From: Candidatus Methylomirabilis limnetica
GTDB taxonomy: Bacteria; Methylomirabilota; Methylomirabilia; Methylomirabilales; Methylomirabilaceae
Direction: 5' to 3'
Length of the DNA stretch: 32,000 bases
Assembly: GCF_003044035.1 (NCBI RefSeq)
Contig: NZ_NVQC01000009.1
Span: 60,001-92,000, forward strand
The notes under the pieces: model-generated
Databases searched by the model: none
What the model saw: only the letters and a program-made list of their open reading frames with translations
What the model was told of the DNA's origin: nothing
Program-made: the position numbers and the translations under genes
In this document: piece after piece, positions 23,624 through 32,000 of the stretch
How the letters are laid out: each line of letters begins with the position of its first letter
How positions within the stretch are numbered: the first letter of the stretch is position 1

Positions 23624-24934
23624 ATGGCAGACAGCTTGACCGTCATCGACAACCGAACCGAGAAGAAGTACGAAATCCCTATCGAAAACGGGACGATCAA
23701 GGCCATGGATCTTCGGAGGATCAAAACCTCTGACGACGATTTTGGGTTGATGAGCTATGACCCGGCGTTTACTAATACCGCTTGCTGCAAGAGCCAGATC
23801 ACGTTTATCGATGGTGAACAGGGGATCTTGCTGCATAGGGGCTATCCCATCGAGCAGTTAGCTGAGAAAAGCACCTACCTGGAGACCGCGTACCTCCTTA
23901 TCTATGGGGAACTCCCCAGCGGCGAAGAGATGGATGGATTCGTCAATCAGATAACACACCATACCATGGTTCACGAGAACATCAAGAAGTTGATGGATGG
24001 TTTTCACTACGACGCCCACCCGATGGGGATCCTCTTGGGGACGGTTGGCGCTCTCTCTACCTTCTATCCGGAGGCCAAGAATATCATGGATCAGGAGGAC
24101 CGCCACAGGCAGATGATTCGCCTGATTGCCAAGATGCCGACACTGGCGGCGTACGCCTATCGACATAGCCGCGGGCTACCGTACACCTACCCGGACAACA
24201 GCCTGAGCTTCACCGGCAACTTCCTCAGTATGCTGTTCCGGATTACAGAGCCAACATACCACCCGCATCCTGTGTTGGAAAGAGCCTTGGATCTCCTGTT
24301 TGTCCTGCACGCCGACCACGAGCAGAACTGTAGCGGCAATGCCATGAGGTCTGTCGGCAGCTCTCATGTCGACCCTTACTCGGCTGTGGCTGCAGCCATA
24401 GCGGCCCTCTACGGTCCCCTGCACGGCGGAGCCAATGAGGCCGTACTTCATATGCTGAAGGATATCGGGTCGAAGGACAAGGTGGCCGCGCATATCAAGA
24501 AGGTCAAGGCCGGCGAAGTGAGGTTGATGGGATTCGGACACCGCGTGTATAAGAACTACGATCCCAGAGCCAAGATCATCAAGCGGCTGGTCGAAGAGGT
24601 CTTTGAGGTCACGGGAATAAATCCCTTGCTGGAGGTGGCCCTTGAGTTGGAGCGAATAGCGCTTGAGGATGAGTACTTTATCGCGCGAAAGCTCTACCCA
24701 AACATCGATTTTTATACCGGTTTAATTTACGAGGCCATGAAGTTCCCGATGGACATGTTCCCGGTGCTATTCGCCATCCCCAGGACAGCCGGTTGGGTTG
24801 CCCAGTGGGAGGAAATGCTTCTCGATCCGGAACAGAAGATCGCCCGTCCCAGGCAGATCTATCTTGGTCAAATGCAGCGCGACTATTGCTCGATAACCAA
24901 TCGCCCAAGTCAGGCGCCGGCAAGAGATCGATGA
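23624..24934 (+). CDS. gltA: Citrate synthase (type II)
   Basis: 436 aa. Signature GFGHRVYKNYDPR is present. The catalytic-region HADHEQN and typical N-terminus ...YEIPIENGTI... are also present. Confidence 0.95.
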   Translation: MADSLTVIDNRTEKKYEIPIENGTIKAMDLRRIKTSDDDFGLMSYDPAFTNTACCKSQITFIDGEQGILLHRGYPIEQLAEKSTYLETAYLLIYGELPSGEEMDGFVNQITHHTMVHENIKKLMDGFHYDAHPMGILLGTVGALSTFYPEAKNIMDQEDRHRQMIRLIAKMPTLAAYAYRHSRGLPYTYPDNSLSFTGNFLSMLFRITEPTYHPHPVLERALDLLFVLHADHEQNCSGNAMRSVGSSHVDPYSAVAAAIAALYGPLHGGANEAVLHMLKDIGSKDKVAAHIKKVKAGEVRLMGFGHRVYKNYDPRAKIIKRLVEEVFEVTGINPLLEVALELERIALEDEYFIARKLYPNIDFYTGLIYEAMKFPMDMFPVLFAIPRTAGWVAQWEEMLLDPEQKIARPRQIYLGQMQRDYCSITNRPSQAPARDR

Positions 24935-24972
24935 AACATTGCGGTATCTTGGCGGGGTAGGCATCCGCTCCA

Positions 24973-25179
24973 GTGCATTCTTTCCGACGGCGTGTACGTC
25001 CAGTAGCTGTCACCCTCCCTGCCCTCTTCGAAGAGTATGGCTATCATCACCATCTCCAGACAGATCGGGGATTTGAAATTTCCGAGAAGTATGTCGTTGG
25101 CTACGATCTCGATGACAACCAGCGCTATCGCAACCTGCCTTGCATCGGTGTCCTGAAACCCGAGCTGACGGAACGCTAG
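24973..25179 (+). pseudogene. hpt: 3' remnant of hypoxanthine phosphoribosyltransferase gene
   Basis: The C-terminal [32 protein letters not shown] matches the HPRT C-terminus pattern (GFEIPDEFVVGYGLDY..YRNLPYIGVL). Only ~245 nt separate the gltA stop from this stop, so the ~120 N-terminal codons are missing. Confidence 0.7.
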
Positions 25180-25221
25180 GGCCTTTTTTCCAGGGGTTCC
25201 GGTCCGCCGTCTCTCCGCATC

Positions 25222-25250
25222 TCGACACCCTTGCCGAGATATGGTAGAAG
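25222..25250 (+). promoter_or_regulatory. Candidate sigma-70 promoter of tRNA-Leu
   Basis: TCGACA (25222-25227), a 17-nt spacer and TAGAAG (25245-25250), ending 8 nt before the tRNA 5' end. The match is partial. Confidence 0.25.
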
Positions 25251-25258
25251 TACATGAC

Positions 25259-25345
25259 GCCGGGGTGGTGAAACTGGCAGACGCACGGGACTCAAAATCC
25301 CGCGGACTTCGGTCCATGAGGGTTCGACCCCCTCCCCCGGCACCA
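25259..25345 (+). tRNA. tRNA-Leu (anticodon CAA), long variable arm, encoded CCA
   Basis: Hand fold: acceptor GCCGGGG/CCCCGGC. Anticodon stem CGGGA/TCCCG with loop CTCAAAA. Long variable arm CGGACTTCGGTCC. T-arm GAGGG-TTCGACC-CCCTC. Discriminator A followed by CCA. Confidence 0.93.
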
Positions 25346-25518
25346 CTTCTTTCAACAGTCTGGCCGCATCACCCCCCCACACATCCAAAGGGGATTTTTC
25401 CGCTGGCACTAGTTCTGGTACCAGTTCGGTAGGAAACCAAACGCCTGAGCGCTCGCCGTTTGTGATTCGGGGAGAGGTGGGCGTAGCACTGCACCATACC
25501 GTATAAGGCTTGAGAAAC

Positions 25519-27153
25519 TCACTTATCGACTGCTCTGTTTTTCCCCGGAGGGGCCAGAACTTTCTTCTTCTCTTTTGCTTCCCTGGAACAGATTCTGTTA
25601 CGACCTTCCTCCTTGGCAGAGTAAAGGGCTTCGTCAGCCCGCTTGAGAAAACTGGTATTTGTGTCATTGTCAGCCCAAGAGGTGACCCCGAAACTGCAGG
25701 TGACTTTACCTGCAGATGGGAACTCATTTGCCTCAATAACTGTTCTTAGTTTTTCCGCAACTGCCTCGGCTCTTTCAAGCCCGTCATCCCTTAACAGCAC
25801 GATAAACTCTTCCCCTCCAAAACGAACAAATATATCAATAACACGTATGGAGCCGGAGACCAGCCGAGACAAAGTTTTTAGCACTTCGTCCCCGACATCA
25901 TGGCCGAAGGAATCATTAATGAGCTTGAAATGATCGATATCGAACAGTATAAGGGACATTTCTGTTAGATTTCTTCGCTTTCGGTCAATCTCCTCAAGGA
26001 GAACCCTATTGAACTGCAATCTGTTATAAGCACCGGTGAGTGTGTCAGTCGAAGCCAGATAATCCTTCTCCGCCAGCAATCTCTGTGCAACCTCCAACAG
26101 ATGGTTGAAGCCTGTTGAAATACGACCTATCTCATCATCCGAGTTGGCTGGAATACGCTCACTGAAATCCATAGTTGTTGAAATTAAATCGATGCTCCTC
26201 AGTATGTTTCCAAGGGCTCGCAATAGACCGACAATAATCGATATTGTAATAATTATTATTACGGCGCCGATCGCCAAAGCCACTAAAATTCCCAGTCGTA
26301 TGGACCCCCTCAGCTCTTCAATTCTGGCAGTCGCTTTGCTTACGATATCTTCCAGCGATCTCTCTTCGACGTTTTTAAGCCCGTCCATAACGGAAGTTGC
26401 CATAGACCACCACATTTGTGTCGTAATGCGGGATGGTTTTTTCCCTGTTTGTACAGCCTGGGAGATCTCCTTTAAAGTCGACTGGATTTCAGGTGCAGAG
26501 ATCATTTCACCATATGCTTTCCTCAAATCCGGAGAAGCCTCAATTTGGAATTTGCGGAGTTCTTCTCCATATAGAGCGTTGATCTGTACAAGGTTGTGAT
26601 GTAGGTTGTCGTCTTCGCCGACGATTTCTAGCCATCGTCCTGTTGTTGCCCGCATCAACCCCATATATTCCTTTGTACCGACAAGATAGTGGTGGGCCAA
26701 AATCTCGTTTTTTGCCGAGGCGGAATCATGCTGCCTTGTGATTCGTTTCATTTCGTCCAGGATATCCCCTATCAACAAAGAATACGTATCCATGAGATCC
26801 GAGGGTTTGTGGGTGCCGCTATCGAAAGCTCTTCTCGCGCGTTCAAGCTTATGCCAAGCAAAGAAGGTCCCCCTGATAAACTGGCTCTGCATTGAGAGCA
26901 CCTTATCCGTTGCGGCACGTTGCGTAATAACCGCACCTTTACTGGCGTCCGACGCGGATATTTTTGATTTTCCCCTCTCCTTCTGCAATTCGTGAATCAC
27001 AATAGAATATGCCTTAATCACCCGTACATCATGCGAGATCGCTTCCACTTTACGGAGCTGGAGGGTGTATTCCGCATACTGGCCCCAGAGGGTAAGTGAT
27101 ATCCCGAATATCGAAAGAAGACCGAGCAGTATGATTTTTTGTCTGAGAGTCAT
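25519..27153 (-). CDS. NIT-sensor / HAMP / GGDEF diguanylate cyclase
   Basis: 544 aa. An N-terminal TM is followed by a periplasmic region with HELQKERG (NIT-domain hallmark, by memory). A second TM, HAMP and a GGDEF domain with an intact GGEEF and RxxD-like context follow. The gene is markedly AT-richer than its neighbours. Confidence 0.88.
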   Translation of the reverse strand: MTLRQKIILLGLLSIFGISLTLWGQYAEYTLQLRKVEAISHDVRVIKAYSIVIHELQKERGKSKISASDASKGAVITQRAATDKVLSMQSQFIRGTFFAWHKLERARRAFDSGTHKPSDLMDTYSLLIGDILDEMKRITRQHDSASAKNEILAHHYLVGTKEYMGLMRATTGRWLEIVGEDDNLHHNLVQINALYGEELRKFQIEASPDLRKAYGEMISAPEIQSTLKEISQAVQTGKKPSRITTQMWWSMATSVMDGLKNVEERSLEDIVSKATARIEELRGSIRLGILVALAIGAVIIIITISIIVGLLRALGNILRSIDLISTTMDFSERIPANSDDEIGRISTGFNHLLEVAQRLLAEKDYLASTDTLTGAYNRLQFNRVLLEEIDRKRRNLTEMSLILFDIDHFKLINDSFGHDVGDEVLKTLSRLVSGSIRVIDIFVRFGGEEFIVLLRDDGLERAEAVAEKLRTVIEANEFPSAGKVTCSFGVTSWADNDTNTSFLKRADEALYSAKEEGRNRICSREAKEKKKVLAPPGKNRAVDK

Positions 27154-27512
27154 TGTTTATACCACTACATAATTCAGAGAGTTATTGCTACGTCCTTTTC
27201 CAACTGTTTCAGTATCGGTTTGAAATAGTCAGTTGCCTCATAAAATACCCCGTCAAGCCCTTTGTAAACCCACTCCAATGTACAAAGTGTGGGGACAATA
27301 TGCTGTTTGTCGCGATCATTGTAGACTACCAGACATCAAGAAGCATGCACAAGCATATTGGGGAACCCAAGAGCCTGTCCTGCAAACCATCAGCTAACGG
27401 CTGAGATGTGATCGACGTGATGGGTACAAGTGTGGTCACCTGCCGGGACATGGGGCGTCAGAGCGTTGGAGTAGACCGCGCGCCGACGGCAAGAGCGGTC
27501 TGCGGGTCTCCA

Positions 27513-27767
27513 TTATCCGCTCGCCAGTGCTCGAACCCTCGCCGGCACGAAGCCCGCGCGCCAGAGCTTGAGCAGATTATGGGTGCTGCACCACAGCGAC
27601 CACTCCCCCTGGACCTGCTGAAGGCCCCGCAGCCAGAACCGGGTCAAGCCTCGCATGCTCATCTGCCCAAAGACCGGTTCGATGGTGCAGCTGCGCAACT
27701 TGTAGATAGCCTGCCCGAGACGGGTCAGCAGCTTCCGCTCCATCCAGGTGCATCTGATCCTGTGCAT
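27513..27767 (-). mobile_element. 3' remnant of an IS1182/IS5-like DDE transposase gene
   Basis: IYKLRSCTIEPVFGQMSMRGLTRFWLRGLQQVQGEWSLWCSTHNLLKLWR matches the conserved C-terminal block of these transposases (Y..R..VEPVFG.IK...G.RF.LRGL.KV..EW.L.C...NL.KL). The frame is closed by a TGA at 27786-27788. No catalytic core is present. Confidence 0.7.
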
Positions 27768-28048
27768 ATGGCAGAAAGTGATAGCTCATACTCGCCCTCC
27801 ATGCGTGAATGGTGTAGGGCTATGCTACGCTAGGAGGCGGGTGATCGCCAGACTGAAGTGCGCGTGCATGAGCATAAGGTTTGTCGGACAGGCTCATAGG
27901 GTACCATGATTGCATAAGTGCCCAAGGGATCGCTGCTCTATGCGGTGCAGAGAAGCCGAGACGAAGGTTGTGAAGCGAGGACTATGGGCGGGTAATGAAC
28001 CCGTGCCCTCATGGGACCACAGAGGCGCGAAGTCTAAGAACTGACGGA

Positions 28049-28726
28049 ATGCATATGCGGCGGCTCGTGATAGTCTTTGCTTGTTCAGCGGCAGCAGCTT
28101 CAAGCGGCTGCTCGGTGATCACGGCACCTTATTATGCAGTCAAAAATGTAGTTCAGGGGGGCGTATGGATCGTCAAAACAACCTATGTGGTTGCCAAAGG
28201 CACTACAAAAGTAATCTTAACAATCGGTGAATATACCTACGAAGTTGTCAAAGCACCCATCGAATGGGCGTTGACCCACGAGGAAATCGAGAGCATCGAT
28301 GGTCTTCCGGTCAAAGAGGCGATACTACAGGGCAGGATAAAAGCCGCACCCTATGTAGTCGCAGGAAGGCGGTACGTTCCTATGTCGCCAGCGAAGGCGA
28401 AGGATTACAGGGAAGAGGGCTTGGCATCGTGGTATGGCTATGAGAGCGGAAGAATGACCGCAAACGGAGAAGCGTTCAATCCCAACGGCCTTTCAGCGGC
28501 ACATAAATATCTGCCTATCCCCACATTTGTGAAGGTGACAAATCTTGAAAACAAGAAATCCATAATCGTGAGGGTAAATGACCGTGGGCCTTTCCCGAGC
28601 GTGCACAATGCCAGGTCAGGAGAGAGGATCATCGACCTCAGCATGGGCGCCGCCAAGAGACTTGAATTTCACGACAAAGGCGTCGCTCTCGTGAGGGTAG
28701 AGGCGATACAGGTGAAAGAAGAATAA
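28049..28726 (+). CDS. rlpA: Septal ring lytic transglycosylase RlpA family lipoprotein (DPBB domain)
   Basis: Lipobox ASSGC after MHMRRLVIVFACSAAA. The DPBB core is GLASWYGYESGRMTANGEAFNPNGLSAAHKYLPIPTFVKVTNLENKKSIIVRVNDRGPF. Confidence 0.85.
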   Translation: MHMRRLVIVFACSAAAASSGCSVITAPYYAVKNVVQGGVWIVKTTYVVAKGTTKVILTIGEYTYEVVKAPIEWALTHEEIESIDGLPVKEAILQGRIKAAPYVVAGRRYVPMSPAKAKDYREEGLASWYGYESGRMTANGEAFNPNGLSAAHKYLPIPTFVKVTNLENKKSIIVRVNDRGPFPSVHNARSGERIIDLSMGAAKRLEFHDKGVALVRVEAIQVKEE

Positions 28727-29081
28727 GCGACAGATTCCTTAAAGGGCTTCCGTCAACTTACTGATATTTCAAGAGGTTCTACGTACACTGTTCATACGTC
28801 CAGCGCTCTCGCAATGAGGCCGAGGAAGCGAAGTCGAGGTCGCGCCTTCCGGACCGGATCAGGGCGTCGGTCTCGACAGGGCTGTCGGCTCGTGATACGC
28901 TGCTGCCGATCTAGGCTAGGGGTACGATCTCAGGAGGCTTTCACGTCTGCGATGCATGCCTCCCCTTGCCTGCTTACAGGGAACATCTGCGATCGCTGTG
29001 TCCTATGGCATCGTGGGTTCCCCCATTGTCTGACCTGATCCAGGTCGGCGCGTTTACTATCGTCTACAACGGGAGGAAGAC

Positions 29082-29357
29082 ATGACTAAGACCGAACTCG
29101 CAGAGCAGATGGCCCAGGATGCCGGTATCAGTAAGGCCATCGCTGACACCGCACTTCGCAGTTGCATCGACAGCATCACCAACAGCTTAAAAAATGGGCA
29201 GGATGTGGCGATTGTGGGATTCGGGACCTTCAGTGTGGCGAGTCGAGCCGCCCGGACCGGCCGTAATCCGCAGACCGGGGAGCCGATCGCGATCAAGGCA
29301 TCTCGGGTGCCACGTTTCAAGCCGGGAAAGACCCTGAAGGATGCGGTGAACAGCTAA
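29082..29357 (+). CDS. hup: HU family nucleoid-associated DNA-binding protein
   Basis: 91 aa. MTKTELAE..., [38 protein letters not shown] (HU/IHF arm). GGGAGGAAG lies upstream. Confidence 0.95.
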   Translation: MTKTELAEQMAQDAGISKAIADTALRSCIDSITNSLKNGQDVAIVGFGTFSVASRAARTGRNPQTGEPIAIKASRVPRFKPGKTLKDAVNS

Positions 29358-29429
29358 AGGGAGCAAGGGAGCCTTAACGGCAGTCAGCAGCTTGGACGGA
29401 GATGGCGACGGGATACCGAGCGAGGCGGT

Positions 29430-30665
29430 GTGCCGTCGCAGAGAGGACTGAGGCCCATACAGACGAGTGGCGGTCGGTCATGCGAACAGAGGTGGATCCT
29501 CCACATCGACATGGACGCCTTCTACGCCTCTGTGGAGCAGCGCGATCACCCGGCCTGTCGCGGGCGTCCCGTGATCGTGGGGGCCGATCCCCACGGCGGG
29601 AGAGGCCGCGGGGTCGTATCCGCCGCCTCTTATGAAGCCCGGACGTTCGGTATCCACTCGGCCCTGCCGATCAGCCAAGCCTACCGGCGATGTCCGGAGG
29701 GGGTCTTCCTCCCTGTTCGGATGTCGCACTATCAGGCGGTCTCCGCTCAAATCTTCCAGATCTTTGGCCGCTACACCGACCTCGTGGAGCCGCTCAGCCT
29801 GGATGAGGCCTTCCTGGATGTGACTGGAAGTCTCCGTCTCTTCGGCTCCGCAGAGGCCATCGGACGGCGGATCCAGGCAGAGATCCTTACCGAGACGGAA
29901 CTCAGAGCCTCCGTCGGCATCGCCACGAACAAGTTCGTTGCCAAGGTCGCCTCCGACCTGCGGAAACCAAACGGCTTCGTAGTCGTCCCACCAGGGCAAG
30001 CGGCCCACTTCCTCCAGCCGCTTCCGATTGAGCGGCTCTGGGGCGTGGGGCCGAAGACCGCCGGACGCTTGCGGCAGATGGGGCTTATGACCATCGGTGA
30101 GCTGGCGGCTCGACCTCAGCTCGAGTTGGCGGCCGCCTTAGGGCCGCTTGGCGCGCACCTGTGGGATCTGGCCCAAGGGATCGATGTGCGGGAGGTGATC
30201 CCGGAGGAGCCCGCCCAGTCGGTGGGAGCGGAGACCACGTTTCCAGAGGATACGGCCGATCCCGTCCGGATCCGGCAGACGGTGCTGGCCCTATCGGAGG
30301 GGGTGGCTCGGCGCTTGCGGGTGGAGGCCATCCAGGCCGGCGCACTCACCCTGAAACTGCGGGACGAGACCTTCCAGACCCAGACCAGATCGGTCTCGCT
30401 CTCGGAGCCCACCGATCAATCTCAGGACATCTATCGGACGGCGCTGATGCTGCTGGAGCGACTTCCCTTCTCGGGCCGCAAGGTGCGTCTCCTGGGGGTG
30501 ACGGCCTCGAGACTGTCCGATCTCATGGGATCGGGGCAGCAACTCTCGTTGGAGATCAATCCTGCCGGCGCCAAGCAGCGCCGGTTGACGGAGGCCGTAG
30601 ATCGTATCCATGCGCGGTTTGGAAAGGGGGCGATCCGTCCGGCCAGCCTACTCGCTTCCTCGTGA
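29430..30665 (+). CDS. dinB: DNA polymerase IV (Y-family)
   Basis: ILHIDMDAFYASVEQRD, SLDEAFLDVTG and the HhH region VGPKTAGRL. The start is uncertain; GTG at 29430 is the only in-frame start upstream of the conserved N-terminus. Confidence 0.93.
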   Translation: MPSQRGLRPIQTSGGRSCEQRWILHIDMDAFYASVEQRDHPACRGRPVIVGADPHGGRGRGVVSAASYEARTFGIHSALPISQAYRRCPEGVFLPVRMSHYQAVSAQIFQIFGRYTDLVEPLSLDEAFLDVTGSLRLFGSAEAIGRRIQAEILTETELRASVGIATNKFVAKVASDLRKPNGFVVVPPGQAAHFLQPLPIERLWGVGPKTAGRLRQMGLMTIGELAARPQLELAAALGPLGAHLWDLAQGIDVREVIPEEPAQSVGAETTFPEDTADPVRIRQTVLALSEGVARRLRVEAIQAGALTLKLRDETFQTQTRSVSLSEPTDQSQDIYRTALMLLERLPFSGRKVRLLGVTASRLSDLMGSGQQLSLEINPAGAKQRRLTEAVDRIHARFGKGAIRPASLLASS

Positions 30666-30783
30666 CCGCAGATGCCTATAGAGACAGAAGCTGCAAGAGT
30701 GAGTTCGCGCTGCCCAATAAATCGTCGCCCTACTGAGAGGGTGAGAGCGGTTGTTAAAAACCTATCACGAGGAGGTTAGGGTT

Positions 30784-31089
30784 ATGAAGGTGCAAAGAAT
30801 TGTATTTGCCGCAATGCTCATGGTGGGGCTCATGGTGATTTCCGCCCCGATCGCGTCGGCAGCGGAGGTCGTGTACGATCTGAAGCCTGCGGCAACGATG
30901 AAGGCCATCCTGACGGATTCTATCGGCAAACGGGTGGTGTTGCGGCTGGAGTCCAGTGAGGAAATAGAGGGGACAGTGGTTGTGGTCGGTGAACATCTGG
31001 TTCATATCTCGAAACTTTCAAAGAGGGATTTTTTTGATGCCTTTGTCGGTATCGACCGAATCAGCGCGGTGATTATGAGGGCACGGTAA
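30784..31089 (+). CDS. Small secreted protein of unknown function
   Basis: The ATG at 30784 follows GAGGAGG. The signal peptide ends ASAAE, and the mature part is ~75 aa and beta-rich. No family was recognised. Confidence 0.5.
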   Translation: MKVQRIVFAAMLMVGLMVISAPIASAAEVVYDLKPAATMKAILTDSIGKRVVLRLESSEEIEGTVVVVGEHLVHISKLSKRDFFDAFVGIDRISAVIMRAR

Positions 31090-31239
31090 CGTCAGTGCAA
31101 AACTCCTTGCCTTTGGTACGGCGCTCTGATATAAGGCAAAGGCACCTTCGGTCAGGCTGATCCTGTAGACACACCGCCTGCGGCGCCACGGTTCGGACAA
31201 GGGCAAGTCGTGTCTTTAGAAGGTCTGTTGAGGTCCCTC

Positions 31240-32000
31240 ATGAGGTCTCTGTCGATGCCACGCCGCCTCTTACCTGTCTTATCGGTACTCTACGTCCTTA
31301 CTCTCCTTTGCTTCGTGCCTGTGGCTTCGGCTCAGGACACAGGATCCCGTGGCCTCCTTGATAAGCTCAATGAACTCAAGTCGACCGTTCGGATCGAGGC
31401 GAATGAGATGGAACGCCGCGAGAGCGACAAGCTCACCATCGCGAGAGGTGACGTCCGAATCCATATGGAGAATCGCATCCTCAATGCCGATGAGGTTGAG
31501 CTGGATCAGGCCCAGGAGGTCATCCGGGCCAAGGGGCGGGTTCAGCTCATCGATGGGGCAAGCCGTCTGAATGGCGATCGACTGGAATACCACTACCGCA
31601 CCAATACGGGTGTCATGTATCAGGCCAAAGGGGCGATTCCCCCAGCGACCACCTTTCAAGGCGTCGAGATCCACAAGGAAGGGGATCGCAGGTATCGGCT
31701 GATCGATGGCAGCTTCACCACCTGCAGTATCTGCCAACCCGAGTCCGGCGGTGTCGATTGGGAGATCCGGGCGAAAGAGGCGGTGATCGAACAGGACGAG
31801 TATCTTGAGGCCAAGTCAGCGTCGTTCTGGATTCGGGGTCTCCCGTCCCTTTACACCCCGTACCTCGTCTACCCTGTCGGCCCACGGCGTACCGGCCTTC
31901 TTATCCCCAAGATTGGCACCAGCAGTTTGTCAGGGGCCACCTTTAGGCAGCCGTTCTTCTGGGCTATCGATGAGTCTCAGGATCTGACCCTGACCGGAGT
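31240..32000 (+). CDS. lptD: LPS-assembly outer-membrane protein LptD (5' part, continues beyond window)
   Basis: The frame is open from the ATG at 31240 to the window end, so it is absent from the track for lack of a stop. Signal peptide ...VPVASA-QD. OstA-like N-terminal domain (IEANEMERRESDKLTIARGDVRIHMENRILNADEVELD). LptD-like LIPKIG...FFWAI is also present. Confidence 0.85.
   Translation, partial: MRSLSMPRRLLPVLSVLYVLTLLCFVPVASAQDTGSRGLLDKLNELKSTVRIEANEMERRESDKLTIARGDVRIHMENRILNADEVELDQAQEVIRAKGRVQLIDGASRLNGDRLEYHYRTNTGVMYQAKGAIPPATTFQGVEIHKEGDRRYRLIDGSFTTCSICQPESGGVDWEIRAKEAVIEQDEYLEAKSASFWIRGLPSLYTPYLVYPVGPRRTGLLIPKIGTSSLSGATFRQPFFWAIDESQDLTLTG

Noticed and set aside
25404-25419. TGGCAC-N5-CTGG just after tRNA-Leu, which looks like a sigma-54 promoter.
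   Set aside because: The -12 element reads CTGG instead of TTGC, so the critical GC is missing. There is also no plus-strand gene downstream. No convincing sigma-54 promoter was found in any intergenic region of the window.
25437-25462. Possible terminator hairpin downstream of the GGDEF gene on the minus strand.
   Set aside because: The stem is interrupted (6+1 bp with a mismatch) and only three U residues follow. This is not strong enough to annotate.
25503-25512. ATAAGGCTTG here and ATAAGGTTTG at 27874-27883, which could be att-like direct repeats bounding the AT-rich segment.
   Set aside because: The match is only 9/10 over 10 nt and is not derived from the tRNA 3' end. It is easily explained by chance.

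Overview
This is a 32-kb, mostly GC-rich chromosomal window from a diderm bacterium (LptD, RlpA, two sigma-54-type two-component systems). The taxon cannot be assigned from sequence alone.

- **Left third:** a cold-shock gene, a Tim44-like protein, an ECF sigma/anti-sigma/Spy-like operon, a 31-codon bS22-like ORF missing from the ORF track, and an NtrC-type two-component system. A zone of gene remnants follows.
- **Centre (about 9.26-17.64 kb):** a mosaic defence-type island between an alpha/beta-hydrolase gene and a NUDIX gene. It is a type III R-M system (Mod, Res) with three non-canonical genes in the same translationally coupled array: an 88-aa coiled-coil protein, a COG2865/AlbA_2 (Schlafen-related) protein with a perfect 5 x 11-bp tandem repeat just upstream of mod, and a nuclease-less DUF1016 N-domain ORF. 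Ahead of this sits a truncated duplicate of the first two genes whose core is occupied by a Fic gene.
- **Right third:** a GAF-kinase/NtrC two-component system, a wHTH-nucleotidyltransferase, panE, gltA, an hpt remnant, tRNA-Leu(CAA), an AT-rich NIT-HAMP-GGDEF gene with an IS remnant, rlpA, HU, dinB, a small secreted protein and the 5' part of lptD.

The window is unusually rich in gene fragments and small palindromic repeat elements. No rRNA or CRISPR array was seen. All family calls come from motif recognition by eye, because no database search or folding program could be run.
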